DNA from: an uncultured Hormoscilla sp.
Lineage (GTDB): Bacteria > Cyanobacteriota > Cyanobacteriia > Cyanobacteriales > Desertifilaceae
DNA length: 64,000 nucleotides
Assembly (NCBI GenBank): GCA_963921275.4
Contig: OZ001293.3
Location: 3,904,001 to 3,968,000 of the forward strand
Reading direction: 5' to 3'
Positions 36,706-50,512 of the stretch are shown piece after piece. Under the pieces are notes generated by a model. It had not been told where the DNA came from, searched no databases, and saw only the letters and a list, made by a program, of their open reading frames with translations. The position numbers and the translations under genes were made by a program. Position 1 is the first letter of the stretch. The number at the start of each line of letters is the position of its first letter.

Positions 36706-37456
36706 GGGTGCTGTCACAAGTAGTTGATAATCAAATAGACTCATAACCTGGTTTCTGCATCCTACCCGATATCTCCGGATAATAAAGGAGAAATAAGAGA
36801 TCCAAAAGCAGGTATTTCCGACTGGCGATATGTAACTGTCTGAACATGAGATGGTTCTGTACAAACATGGTCATTAAAAACATATTTTTTACTAAATAAC
36901 TTTATTTTTTTGTTTTTTTTACCTATTTTTTAATTTATAATTACCTATTTTTGACTTAGTATTGTCAATACTTTGCCCAGTATTAGCTATTTTAGACCCA
37001 GTATTAGCTATCATGAGCCCATGATCGTCTATAATAAATTTTTTCAGATCATTAAAAGGTATGATAGCCTTGCCTGCATTGGTTTCTAGCGTTCGGCAAG
37101 CTTCCAATTTTTCCTAATAAGCAATTTTTTTTGACAATCATTATCTATTTTCTCAATTAGAGGCGATCGCATATTCTTGAGAAGGGATAGCGTTTCCCCT
37201 TGAGAGGGAAGAACTCACGTTGAATTTGGTTTCGGCGAAACCAAATAGCCAATTTGCCGTCCAATGGCATAACTTTATTACCCTAGATTAAAAGCTAGAA
37301 ACCGGGTTTCTGGGGGTGTGGTCAAAACCCGTTGATCGTTCATGGGCTCTCCCAGTCGCCGGATCCCCCCAAACCCCCCCTGGAGTCGGCTACGGTGTAC
37401 ACACAAGTCGAATCTAAGCTAGTTTCCATCCCAGAAAGATGGAATCAAAGCGTCGT

Positions 37457-38327
37457 GGATGGGGTCGAGCCGGGAATCGCTTCCCGACCCTCCCTTTCGG
37501 AACCGGACTTGCGATTTTCACCGCATCCGGCTACTGGGTACTAGGCCCTTTTCATAGGTAGACTTAATAGGAATTACTTCCGTTAGCCCTTGCCGCCTGT
37601 CTTTTCTTCCCTTTCCTGGTTTAGCGAGTGGTTGTTCTGATAACCGTTAGTATCACCATTTTCAAGTCAGTTTTACCAGTTATCCATACCTTATCCTCCA
37701 CTTGCGTTTCGGATTAGTTCCGTGGCTTTTTAGGATTACTCATTCCAGCAGCTTCCTAGTATCACCGATTCACGTCAGCGCTGGCTACCCAGCATCATCT
37801 ACATTACTGTAGATGTTATCCCAGGAATTACCCCGGGCATTCGCTTCTTGGGCCATCCCTCCCCCCGTGGCTTGCGCTTAACATCTAACTTGTCCTGATG
37901 GACAGCACACGAGAGGTTACTTCGTTCCCTAACAACATTTCGCGATACCTTTAGGTCCACACTATACCCCGGGAGCTATTTGAGTACTATATTAGCCAGA
38001 GTCTAAAACTAATACTAGCTACCATTTCCTTTTTAGGCCAGCGCATATAGCCTTATTTCGCTGGTTCCTTATAACGAGGCTTGCACATGTTTGCCTGCTC
38101 TAACCTTGGATATCTTTCCTAGCGGCGTCACCGGCTTAGGCTGCCAGTTATCCTACATTTGAGTCCTCGCTTAGCACCACGATGATGTCGCTTCGTAGCA
38201 CCGAGGACCGGTGTCACCCCCGTACCTGGGGGGAGGGGAATTTAACCCCCATGCGGTCAGAGTTCCCGGCTAATGAAACCGGGCTAGCGTTCCGTGTTTG
38301 ACCACGTTAGGCTAGAACGAATCGCAC
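37457..38327 (-). mobile_element. ORF-less group II intron, family B (871 nt)
   Basis: Minus strand GTGCGATTCGTTCTAGCC...D5 AGCCGGATGCGGTGAAAATCGCAAGTCCGGTTC...GACCCCATCC. Confidence 0.93.
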
Positions 38328-38665
38328 AGACCCTTTATTAGGGTAGACATTCCTGGAGGACGTTGTGAGTTGATCTCGCTGGTATCGCTGATGGCTAATA
38401 TATGCAACCCTTTTACTTGCTGCTGGCAATGGTCTCCCAGACTTTTGACTAACTCTGAAACTCTCACGTTCTCATTATTTAGAAACCAATAGTAACTGAC
38501 CCTGCTCAGCCAGATTTTCACTGATTTGACGAATATTCAGAGATTGATGTTTCTGTATGGTTTCATACAATGCAGCCCCCTTTCTTTCTAGGCGAGGAGC
38601 TCGGCTGGTCTGTCAATTTGTTCGGCGTGTATTAAGATGGGGTTGTCCAGTATCTACTCCTCTTT

Positions 38666-39500
<835 letters not shown>

Positions 39501-39594
39501 TGCGCTGTTTCTAGTTTAGACTCGACTTGTGTGTACACGGGAGCCGAAATTCGGGGGGTTTGGGGGTCGGGGGGTTTGGGGGTCGGGGGGTTTG

Positions 39595-39723
39595 GCGGCT
39601 ATGTTGTCCTTGGGGCATTGGCTTTTGTAACACTTGACCCTTGATATACTCGCTGGCCGGTTTCGTTTCCGGTAAGGCCAGAAACTCCTCAAGAGTAAAT
39701 TGTTTGATTGGAGTCTGAACCAT
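39595..39723 (-). pseudogene. Uma2 family N-terminal fragment, copy 2
   Basis: MVQTPIKQFTLEEFLALPETKPASEYIKGQVLQKPMPQGQHSR, cut by G-rich repeats; near-duplicate of 35908-36036. Confidence 0.75.
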
Positions 39724-40138
39724 TGGCAATTCTATCCCTTTTAGTCATACCATTTTGTCAAACTTAGTTCTTCGTAGGTTGGGTTGACGTGAGGAAACCC
39801 AACCAGAGATTAGGCCAACAGCAGCGTTCGGTTGGGTTTCGTGCCTCAACCCAACCTACAGATGATAAAATTTTTATTATGGGCATTTAATCGGACATGA
39901 TATAAATACTTTTTCTACAAGGTTTTCAGTCGGTTTTAACCGACTTTAGCTATTAGCCGGGGGTTTTAAGATACTGTAGGGTAATTAACCGGGGTGTCAC
40001 ACCCCCCAGAGTTTCCTAAGCCCCACCAATAAAGGACTTTCTCCCTGCTCCCTGCTCCCTGCTCTAGAACGTCGAAATCTCGTAATTCGCCCACAGCATC
40101 TTTTAACCCCCGGCGGTCTAACAGCGAAGTTACTTAAA

Positions 40139-41128
40139 TTAACCACTATAACGAGGACGCCCCAAGGTAGTAATGTAAACAACCGCCTCATCTGCAGGAA
40201 TGCCTAAAACATCGTTAACCTGGTCGTCAAAAAAGCCCCCGATGCCGCTAACCCCTAAACTGAGGTAGATGGCAGCTAGGTTCAACCTTTGCCCCAGATG
40301 ACCCGCATCCATGTGCAGGTAGCGATACACCCGATCGCCATATTTCTCCACAGCTTTTTGCAAATCAGTGGTATGAAATAAAACCACCCCTGCATCCCGT
40401 CCCAAATCTTGCCCCAGACATAAATAATGCAACTGTTGTCGGAAGTTCTTAAACCGAATTTGTCGGAGTTCCTGAGCTTTGGGCGCATAATAATAGCAGC
40501 CTTCTTCTAATCCTGTCACCCCAGAAACCGCAATAAAGGTTTCTAGTAAACTCAAATCAAAATAGTCGGGATCGCCATCTAACCCCTGGTCGAGGTAATG
40601 TTGAGGTTGATAGGTAAAGTCCAACAAGGCTTTCAGTTCCTCTAAGGTTAAGTCGCCACCAGTGTAGGCACGGGTAGAACGGCGCTTGAGAATGGTTTGT
40701 TCTAAGTTTTTCTGGTTGTCTTTTAAAGCGATCGGGGTCATGGCAGTAGACACCTTCAGACAAAATGGGAAATTATATTTATCTTCCCCTGTTTCCTCAT
40801 CAGCAGCCTCCTGCCAATTGACAGAATCATGAGTATCTGACTTAATCTCAGTAGCGCCATGGAGGTATGCTAGCAGTTCCCCATCCCGGATGCGAGGATA
40901 TTCCCTTTGGATGTCCGAAAACAAAGCTGTTCTGTAGGAGGGGAGGGACTCTTCTGTCAGGGGAATCACGGCGATCGCCCCTTCCTGTTGCGAGTCTAAA
41001 TATAGCAGGTCATTCACCTGGCGATCAACAAACCCGCCAATCAAGCGAACTCGGTAGCCATTCAACGCTCCTGCCAATTCTATATTACCCAGCAGATGAC
41101 CAGTGTCGAGAAAAATCCGCCGGTAGGT
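40139..41128 (-). pseudogene. SagB/ThcOx-family nitroreductase-fold protein, N-terminally truncated
   Basis: YRRIFLDTGH, ILKRRSTRAY, RYLHMDAGHLGQ and GIGGFFDD motifs; first domain incomplete and abuts the divergent gene at 41154. Confidence 0.75.
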
Positions 41129-41153
41129 GACAGCACGATCGATAGCAAGTAAG

Positions 41154-41843
41154 ATGGAGCCAAAGATCAGCGCAGAGGAATTACTGGCTCAATATGCCAA
41201 GGGCGAACGAAACTTTGAGGGCATTGACTTAGAAGAGGCTGATTTATTTGAAGCGGATTTACGGGAAATTAACCTCAAGGGTAGTAATCTCACGCAAGTA
41301 TACCTACCTTATGCTAATCTGAGTCAAGCTTCTCTGCAAGCAGCTCAATTTCAGCAGGCGCAACTTGGAGATGCCCAACTCTATAATGTGAATTTATCAG
41401 GGGCTATGCTTCGGGGCGCTATCTTTCCAGAGCTAATCTCCGTTATGCTAATTTGCGGGGTGCTGACCTGTCAGGTGCCAATTTGCAGGGTGCAGACTTG
41501 TCTAAGGCCGATCTAGGTGGTGCCGATCTCAGCAAAGCTAATTTCAGTAGAGTGAATTTAGAGAATGCTAATCGGGTGCATCCCAGTTTTGCAAATTGAG
41601 CATCGAGAATTGAGAATTGAGAATCGAGATAGGGGCTATTTTCCATTCTCCATTCGCAATTAGCTATTCGCAATTAGCCGTGTTTCATGCAAAAATACAA
41701 AAGTGAGATGCTCCTATGCTAATCTGGCAGAGGCCCAGTTGCGTAGCACTAACTTTTTTAATGCACAAAATGTTAATTTTGTCAAGGCTGACCTTGATGA
41801 AACGACCATTTTTCCCGATGGACACTGGCAAAGTATCTCTTAA
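41154..41843 (+). pseudogene. Pentapeptide repeat protein, frameshifted and MITE-interrupted
   Basis: ELLAQYAKGERNF followed by A(D/N)Lxx repeats; frameshift near 41420; resumes after the MITE to ...FPDGHWQSIS*. Confidence 0.85.
41574..41715. mobile_element. MITE (142 bp), GGGTGCATC family, 9-bp TSD
   Basis: GGGTGCATCCCA...TGAGATGCTCCT; ATGCTAATC duplicated at 41565-41573 and 41716-41724. Confidence 0.8.
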
Positions 41844-41845
41844 GG

Positions 41846-42025
41846 GCAGTGGTCAGTGGTCAGTTGTATTAGAGGTAGGTGGTCAGTTGTATTAGAGGTA
41901 GGTGGTCAGTTGTATTAGAGGTAGGTGGTCAGTAGTCAGTAGTCAGTGGTCAGTAGTCAGTGGTCAGTAGTGGTAAATTAACAACTAACAACTAACAACT
42001 AACAACTAACAACTAACAACGCTAA
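41846..42025. repeat. Short tandem repeat cluster (23-mer x3, STRR heptamers)
   Basis: GTGGTCAGTTGTATTAGAGGTAG x3, AGT(G/A)GTC units and AACAACT repeats; no spacers. Confidence 0.9.
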
Positions 42026-42318
42026 CTGCTGCGAGTAAAACAAAGGCAAAGAAGAATCTGGTCAGGTGATGACAATGAATAACTACCGTGTAGCTCTTGA
42101 GTTTGGGTGACAATTTAGATCGGACTGGTGTGGTGGAGTGGTTTCAAATGAAAGCTGACTCAGACAAGGAAGCCCAGAAGGAGGCTTTTGCTAGCTTGAG
42201 TGCTAAACATGCTCTGGAGTCCGAAAAGTTAAAATAGTGGCAAGTTGTCGTACTTCAGAAACAGCCCTAGTGTCAGCGTGAGGGACTAGAATGAACAATT
42301 AGCAATTGTCTTAACCCT

Positions 42319-42978
42319 ATGCAAATTAAGAGGCGTCATTAATGGCCTACTTCCACCTAGTCGGCAACTGCAATTCAACAACAGCTAGTTCCCGAGGTAA
42401 TTACTACTGACCAGCTAGAGTCGGTGCAGTATGTGGCGGGAGTGGATGTGGGCTTTGTTGATGACGGTGCTACCAGTCGCGCTGCGGTGGCGGTGCTGAG
42501 TTTTCCCAGTCTGGAACTCTCCGAACAGGCGATCGCCCAACGCCCTACTCAATTTCCTTATGTTCCGGGATTTCTCTCTTTCCGAGAAGTACCACCGGTG
42601 GTAGAGGCTTTAGAAAAACTGAACACAACCCCGGACTTAATTTTATGTGATGGTCAAGCTCTGGCTCATCCTCGCCGTTTTGGTCTGGCCTGCCATCTGG
42701 GGGTACTGACTGATATCCCTACCATCGGCGTCGCTAAGTCCCGCTTGATTGGCACTTATGCTGAATTGCCAGTGGAAAAAGGCAGTTGGCAACCCCTCAT
42801 ACATGATGAGGAAATTATTGGCGCTGTACTCAGAACCAGAAGCACTGTCAAACCTCTGTATGTTTCTATTGGTCATCGTGTTAGTCTCCCTACTGCTATA
42901 GATTACGTCCTGCGCTGTACTCGGTCCTATCGTCTCCCAGAGACTACACGGATCGCCGATCGACTGGCCTCCCGATAG
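42319..42978 (+). pseudogene. nfi: Endonuclease V, two premature stops in the N-terminus
   Basis: [21 protein letters not shown] in frame with [32 protein letters not shown] and RLPETTR. Confidence 0.8.
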
Positions 42979-43029
42979 CTTGGCTGTATGCGCCGCCCTT
43001 TGCAGGTAGTCCGTCGATCCCCCCCTAAC

Positions 43030-43297
43030 CTGACAAGGGTATGTTTTTTACCTTTCGGTTTGTCATCAGGGGTGAGGAACTTACAGGGGTATGTTTTTTA
43101 CCTTTCGGTTTGTCATCAGGGGTGAGGGGGGTGAAGGGGTAAAAGGGTGAGGGGGTGAAGGGGTAAACCGAGAGAATTTCCGGATAATTGTCTAGACAAT
43201 TTATGATATAATATCTGTTCCAACACCCCCACTCCCCCGCTCCCCCATTCTCCCACTCACTTGGATATGGTAAAAAATAAAAACATACCCTTGAAAT
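43030..43297. mobile_element. TIR element of the GGTA(G/T)GTTTTTTAC family with a duplicated left end
   Basis: ACA(A/G)GGGTATGTTTTTTACCTTTCGGTTTG at 43030 and 43080; right end AAAAACATACCCTTG. Confidence 0.6.
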
Positions 43298-43403
43298 TCC
43301 CTGCTAACCACCCTTTGTCTAAGGGGGAAACCCCTCGCCTGTCGCGCAGTCCGGGCATCGATCCCCCCTAACCCCCCTCCCCCCTAACCCCCCTTTGTCT
43401 AAG

Positions 43404-43597
43404 CTTACCTTTACTCACATAATTATTGACAATCTTGAAAGCCTTATGGGGCAAAGGTTTCGAGGTTTTACAACAGCAGGGGGCTTGACTTTTACCGCCA
43501 TCTATGCTGTCCTTACGGGTGCTCCCCTCTCCCTGCTCCCTGCTCGGGTGCTCCCTGCTCCCTGAGAAATGTTAAGAAATATGTGAGTAAGGCATAG
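43404..43597. mobile_element. MITE (194 bp) with 10-bp TSD
   Basis: Imperfect TIR CTTACCTTTACTCACATAAT / AATATGTGAGTAAGGCATAG; TTTGTCTAAG at 43394-43403 and 43598-43607. Confidence 0.85.
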
Positions 43598-43753
43598 TTT
43601 GTCTAAGGGGGAACCCCTCGCCTGTCGGGAGGCCGAATGGTCGGGACTAGCCAAAAACTTCCCAGAAGACCGATGTACTCTATAACTGATATATGATAAC
43701 ATTAGATAGCATCAGGCTGAATGTAACCCAACGGGCATAAGTTTTACTAAAAA

Positions 43754-44332
43754 GTGGGTTTTATGACAGATAATCAATCGATACGCTTGCAATTTAAACT
43801 CGATCGCTCCTATATCGCCATTTACCATGAAGATAGGGAAGTGGGATTTTGTACGCCGGAATTTGCGGACTTAATTGTGGAAGCATTAAATGAAAACGAG
43901 CAGTTAGACGAAGAGAATGAAACGATCAATAAAGCACTGCAAATGGCTTGTAGGGAATTGCTCAAACGCTCTGGGGGCAAACCGAATCAGGTGAAGCAGC
44001 TGATGCGCAAATACCTGCAAAAAGCTAAACCTTTTAAATATGGCAGTCGCGCGATCGCCTACTTGCTGTGGGACAGGCAAAAGCAACTTGATGTCAGCAA
44101 TCATGAATTTATTCGTTTCTGCGATTCTTACAAATTGTCTCCTCAAGAACTGCTTGATATTTACAAGGGTAAAGAAGTTACTGATAGTCAGTTAAGAGCA
44201 GTGTCACGGATAGTGGGAAAATCATTTAATGAGTTGGTTTATACGCGGGATGGTTTCTCTAATAATCAAATGAACAAGCTAGCAGGCATACTGGGTACTT
44301 CCAGTCAAGAGTTGGCGGAATTGTTTGAATAA
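43754..44332 (+). CDS. Hypothetical protein, possible C-terminal HTH-like region
   Basis: 192-aa open frame with plausible composition; likely start ATG 43763. Confidence 0.55.
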   Translation: MGFMTDNQSIRLQFKLDRSYIAIYHEDREVGFCTPEFADLIVEALNENEQLDEENETINKALQMACRELLKRSGGKPNQVKQLMRKYLQKAKPFKYGSRAIAYLLWDRQKQLDVSNHEFIRFCDSYKLSPQELLDIYKGKEVTDSQLRAVSRIVGKSFNELVYTRDGFSNNQMNKLAGILGTSSQELAELFE

Positions 44333-46181
44333 TTGAGAATTGAAAATAGAGAATTGTCATTAACAATAAACCCTTAACAATTAACTTCAAATTAATCCTG
44401 GAATAACAACACAAACTTGATTGTTAAATATTTCCATATTTTTTCGATCCTTTTCATCGAAACTGGTTTGGAAGTAGTCGGGAACTTGACCATTTCTGTA
44501 AGCAGATTTATCTTTACCGATATCCCCTGGTTTGCGCTTGTTAACTAATTGGGTTACAGCTAGTAACTCGCCATCAGAACCTAATACTGGCATGCATAGT
44601 AGGCTACAAGTGCGATAACCTGTTTTGCGATCGGTCTTTTTAGCGATTTCGGAGTCGGGATGCTGATAGAGGTAAAAGGGAATATTTAAGGGCTGACCAG
44701 TTGCAGCTACTTGGCCGACAAATCCTTCCTCGATCAGGACTCGTGTTTCCATCCAAGAACCATCCAGTTGGGGGATTTTTGTCCACAATTCGTTGGTATG
44801 ATAATCTACTAGCCACAGGGTGCTGCGATCTGCATTTGTAAGTTTTTTCACTGCTTGCATGACTTTTTCGATCATTTCTTCAGGACTATTGCTCTGGTGG
44901 ACTAAGCTGATGGCTTGATAAAGTGGATCTATTGCTTGTTGTTGCTCGGCAATGGTGCGGAGCTGTCAATGGAAGGATTGACAGGCTTGCAGAATCGGTA
45001 AAATTGAGTTAGCACATTGTCTCAATTTATCCGCGTCTGCTTGGGTAAAACCTTGGGGGTCAATGCGTTTTGATAAGGAGGCGCTGGAGACCGATTTTAA
45101 TTTGTTCAGAAACCGGATAATTGCTACTAGGTTCCCTTGCAGATCGAAGATGGGAAATAATAACAGATTCTGAATAGGATATCTAATTCATGTTTGGATT
45201 AAACGAGCGTTCAAATGGCTCAGCAGGTTGATGGCTTTTTTATATTTAGATAAGACAAAGATCCGGGCTATCCCTTTATTAGCCGGAATTCTGATCTCTT
45301 TGGCTTTACTAGCTTCTTCATCTTCTGGGAGCAAGCACCAAAGTTCCTTATCTTCTGCATGCAAGAGGAAAATTGTTGTGTGGTCAACTCCCAATAGCTT
45401 CCCTAGTGATAAACTAACAAAGTTGAGCATGTAGGAGAGGGGATTGTAGATATCCTCGTCTGAGGGGTTGATTACAGCTTCGCTGAGGATGGCTAGGGTT
45501 TGATGCACGGCTTCTTTGGGTTCAATTTGGGCTAGTTGCTTCAGGTTTTCATGGGTTTTGATGAACTGGAGGATGACGCCGACGCGATCGTTGAAGACTT
45601 GCATTGACTGTCGATCGTTCTTGTCAAAGCTGGCTTTGAAGTACTCGGGAACGCGAGGCCAGTCTTCCCTGCGGTATTCACCGAAATTACCAGGTTTTCT
45701 TTTGTTGACTAATTGAGTGATGCCCAGTAACTCGCCCTCGGGATTTAAAATTGGCATGCACAGGAGGCTACGGGTACGATAACATGTTTGAGCGTCTGTT
45801 TTTTTGGCGTTCTCGGCGTCGGGATGTTCGTAGAGGTCGAAGGGGATAATCATTGCTTGGCGTTCTGCTGCCACTTTGCCAACAAAACCGACTCCGTACT
45901 GGCATCGCACTTCCCCTTTCCCTGGCAGTTCTGTCCAGAGATCTCCCCGATCGCGGTCTACTAACCAGAGGGTACTGCGATCGGCGTTCATCAGTTTCTT
46001 GGCCGCATTCATCACCCGTTGCAATATTGCTTTAGTATCTAAATTGATCTGGTCTAGGGAACGGGTAGCTTCTGCCAGGGCCGCTGTGGCTCGTAGTTTC
46101 TTGCTAGCCAAGGGAGAAGATTGGCAGCTTTCCAGAATGCGTTGAATTGGCTCGACACATTTTGCTAATCTTTCTAGGTCT

Positions 46182-47052
46182 GTGCGATTCGTTCTAGCCT
46201 AACGTGGTCAAACACGGAACGCTAGCCCGGTTTCATTAGCCGGGAACTCTGACCGCATGGGGGTTAAATTCCCCTCCCCCCAGGTACGGGGGTGACACCG
46301 GTCCTCGGTGCTACGAAGCGACATCATCGTGGTGCTAAGCGAGGACTCAAATGTAGGATAACTGGCAGCCTAAGCCGGTGACGCCGCTAGGAAAGATATC
46401 CAAGGTTAGAGCAGGCAAACATGTGCAAGCCTCGTTATAAGGAACCAGCGAAATAAGGCTATATGCGCTGGCCTAAAAAGGAAATGGTAGCTAGTATTAG
46501 TTTTAGACTCTGGCTAATATAGTACTCAAATAGCTCCCGGGGTATAGTGTGGACCTAAAGGTATCGCGAAATGTTGTTAGGGAACGAAGTAACCTCTTGT
46601 GTGCTGTCCATCAGGACAAGTTAGATGTTAAGCGCAAGCCACGGGGGGAGGGATGGCCCAAGAAGCGAATGCCCGGGGTAATTCCTGGGATAACATCTAC
46701 AGTAATGTAGATGATGCTGGGTAGCCAGCGCTGACGTGGGTCGGTGATACTAGGAAGCTGCTGGAATGAGTAATCCTAAAAAGCCACGGAACTAATCCGA
46801 AACGCAAGTGGAGGATAAGGTATGGATAACTGGTAAAACTGACTTGAAAATGGTGATACTAACGGTTATCAGAACAACCACTCGCTAAACCAGGAAAGAG
46901 AAGAAAAGACAGGCGGCAAGGGCTAACGGAAGTAATTCCTATTAAGTCTACCTATGAAAAGGGCCTAGTACCCAGTAGCCGGATGCGGTGAAAATCGCAA
47001 GTCCGGTTCCTCAAGGGAGGGTCGGGAAGCGATTCCCGGCTCGACCCCATCC
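46182..47052 (+). mobile_element. ORF-less group II intron, family B (871 nt), antisense to the host gene
   Basis: GTGCG start, D5/D6 present; removal restores GFSRL-DLERLAK on the minus strand. Confidence 0.93.
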
Positions 47053-47434
47053 AGTCTGCTAAAACCTTTTTGATGCTCGTGCTGCTTCTTTTCCGGTAAT
47101 TTGTTCAGTAACTGGATCGCGGCGATTACTTCCTGGCCGTCGTCCAGGATGGGAAATGTGTTGATAAATTCTGATTCACTCTGCTCCTTCTCTCCCTTGA
47201 CTTTTCTGTAGGCTTTTTCGACCAAATCAAGATCGAATACATACTCGTAAATTAAGTTGTGGACCTTTAAGAAGCCGTGCTCTTTGACTACTAAACCTAA
47301 CAGCCGCAGTTCCGTCTGTTCTGCACTTTCATTGGCTACTATGAATCCTTCTTGCAAAATTTTTTGATAGAGTTTTAATAGCTGAATGTTGCGCGGCTTC
47401 GGCTCTTAGAGCGGATCACGGATATTCTGCAAAG

Positions 47435-47544
47435 GGCGTTGCACAATTACGGGATGGGTCTCTTTGCATAAGTTTTAAACCTATACTATAAGCCACTTTT
47501 AGTTATGTGCAAACAATGGCATCATCCCCAAAATGTGCAACGCC
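47435..47544. mobile_element. MITE (110 bp), GGCGTTGCACA TIRs, 8-bp TSD
   Basis: GGCGTTGCACAATTACGGGATG / CATCCCCAAAATGTGCAACGCC; CTGCAAAG at 47427-47434 and 47545-47552. Confidence 0.88.
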
Positions 47545-48090
47545 CTGCAAAGGTTTTAGTTCGGGGTTTTGCTCCCAATTGGCTAGCAGGCGCGATCGCA
47601 CCATTTATTCTACCCATTCAGTTTCTCTGCCTGCTGGGGGAGAGTCGGAAACTTCTACTATCATCTGAAACAGCTTCTGGGTCAGGAAGGGCTGTCCTCC
47701 AGTACATTTTAACACTGCTGCGAGCAAATTTTTGTAGTTATGAGATTTTTCTTTTAATCTCATTGCTAGTAGTACGCCGCTATTCGGCTCGGCCTGCATC
47801 GGAGATGATGAATTTGTTGAAACCATAGTGCAACCTGATATTATAATATGGGGGTGAATACCGCTGTAGTTCCCTCAAACCACAAGTATAGCACCCATAC
47901 TGGAGACGCGATCGCCTCTGGTGGCTAGAGATTGCGCAGCGCGTCCCGTAAGGGATACGACTAACCCGATAGAGGAGATTAGAGAGTATAAAGAGTAACG
48001 GATCCTTACTGATGAACCTCGGTCAAGACACCAGTACCATTCTAAAGGAAATCAGGATCTTTTAATTGCTAACTTCTCAAGGAGAAAGGC

Positions 48091-49528
<1,438 letters not shown>

Positions 49529-49564
49529 TACCATAGCTGTTATTAACAAGGTGATTTTACCTCG

Positions 49565-50419
49565 ATGCCACAGATTCAAGGTACAACTAAATTGCTGGGG
49601 GTGATTGGTTATCCCGTGGAACATTCTTTGTCGCCTCTGATGCATAATGCGGCGATCGCCCACTTAAACCTAGATTACGTCTATTTGCCTTTCCCGATCG
49701 CGCGGTCAGATTTATCGGTGGCGATCGGGGGTTTTGGGGCTATTGGTTTGGTGGGCTTTAACATCACTATTCCCCACAAGCAGGCGATTATGCCTTTATT
49801 ATCGGAGATTTCGCCCGTAGCGCAAGCTGTGGGGGCAGTGAATACGGTGTGGCGCAAGTCTGGGGGTTGGTACGGTACGAATACAGATGTGGCTGGATTT
49901 ATTGCCCCCTTGCAAGATGATAACCGGGATTGGACTCAATGTATAGCTGTGATTTTAGGTAATGGCGGTGCTGCGAGGGCGGTGGTGGCGGGTTGCATGC
50001 AGCTGGGTTTAGGGGAAATTCATGTAGTGGGGCGATCGCCGCAGAAGTTAGCAGAATTTAAGAGCAGTTGGGATAGTCCCCTACAGATTCACCCTTGGGA
50101 AAAGTTACCAGAATTACTGCGATCTGCATCACTTTTGGTGAATACAACTCCCATTGGCATGTATCCCCATGTGGATGAGTCTCCGGTGTCCGCAGAGGTG
50201 ATGGCCAAATTGCCGGAGGGGGCGATCGCCTATGATTTAATCTACACGCCTAATCCTACGCTGTTCCTGCAACAGGCGCAAGCTGTCGGGGCGCGGGCGA
50301 TCGATGGATTAGAGATGTTGATACAGCAAGGAGGAGCAGCTTTACAGATGTGGTTACAGCAACCGGTCCCGGTAGATATAATGAGGCAATCTTTGTGGCA
50401 GAAATTGGGACGAACTTGA
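49565..50419 (+). CDS. aroE: Shikimate dehydrogenase
   Basis: HSLSP.MHN, NITIPHK, AVNT, NTD..GF, GNGGAARA, NTTPIGM, DLIY.P and GLEML motifs. Confidence 0.95.
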   Translation: MPQIQGTTKLLGVIGYPVEHSLSPLMHNAAIAHLNLDYVYLPFPIARSDLSVAIGGFGAIGLVGFNITIPHKQAIMPLLSEISPVAQAVGAVNTVWRKSGGWYGTNTDVAGFIAPLQDDNRDWTQCIAVILGNGGAARAVVAGCMQLGLGEIHVVGRSPQKLAEFKSSWDSPLQIHPWEKLPELLRSASLLVNTTPIGMYPHVDESPVSAEVMAKLPEGAIAYDLIYTPNPTLFLQQAQAVGARAIDGLEMLIQQGGAALQMWLQQPVPVDIMRQSLWQKLGRT

Positions 50420-50512
50420 TATTATATTTCCGTAGTGCTTCGGGGTTCGTAGTAAGCACGAAGCGTGCTTCCCAGGCGCGAAAGCGCCTGGAAACTAGGA
50501 GACTCCGGACAG

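Larger units (their letters stand above)
44387..47826 (-). pseudogene. AAA-like + multi-GAF domain protein, broken by an antisense intron, a MITE, stops and frameshifts
   Basis: TGGQPFLTQKL, LLGLVVK...N.IYE.VF, repeated NADRSTLWL...YRT.SLLCMP...QLVNK GAF units. Confidence 0.85.

Noticed and set aside
37332..37544. Short ORFs sharing DGVEPGIASRPSL (also 46965-47357) and ORF 50812-51012
   Set aside because: They are antisense translations of intron B domains V/VI, not a protein family.
41846..42025. Possible CRISPR array (23-bp repeats)
   Set aside because: Repeats are head-to-tail with no unique spacers, and no cas genes are present; simple tandem/STRR repeats.
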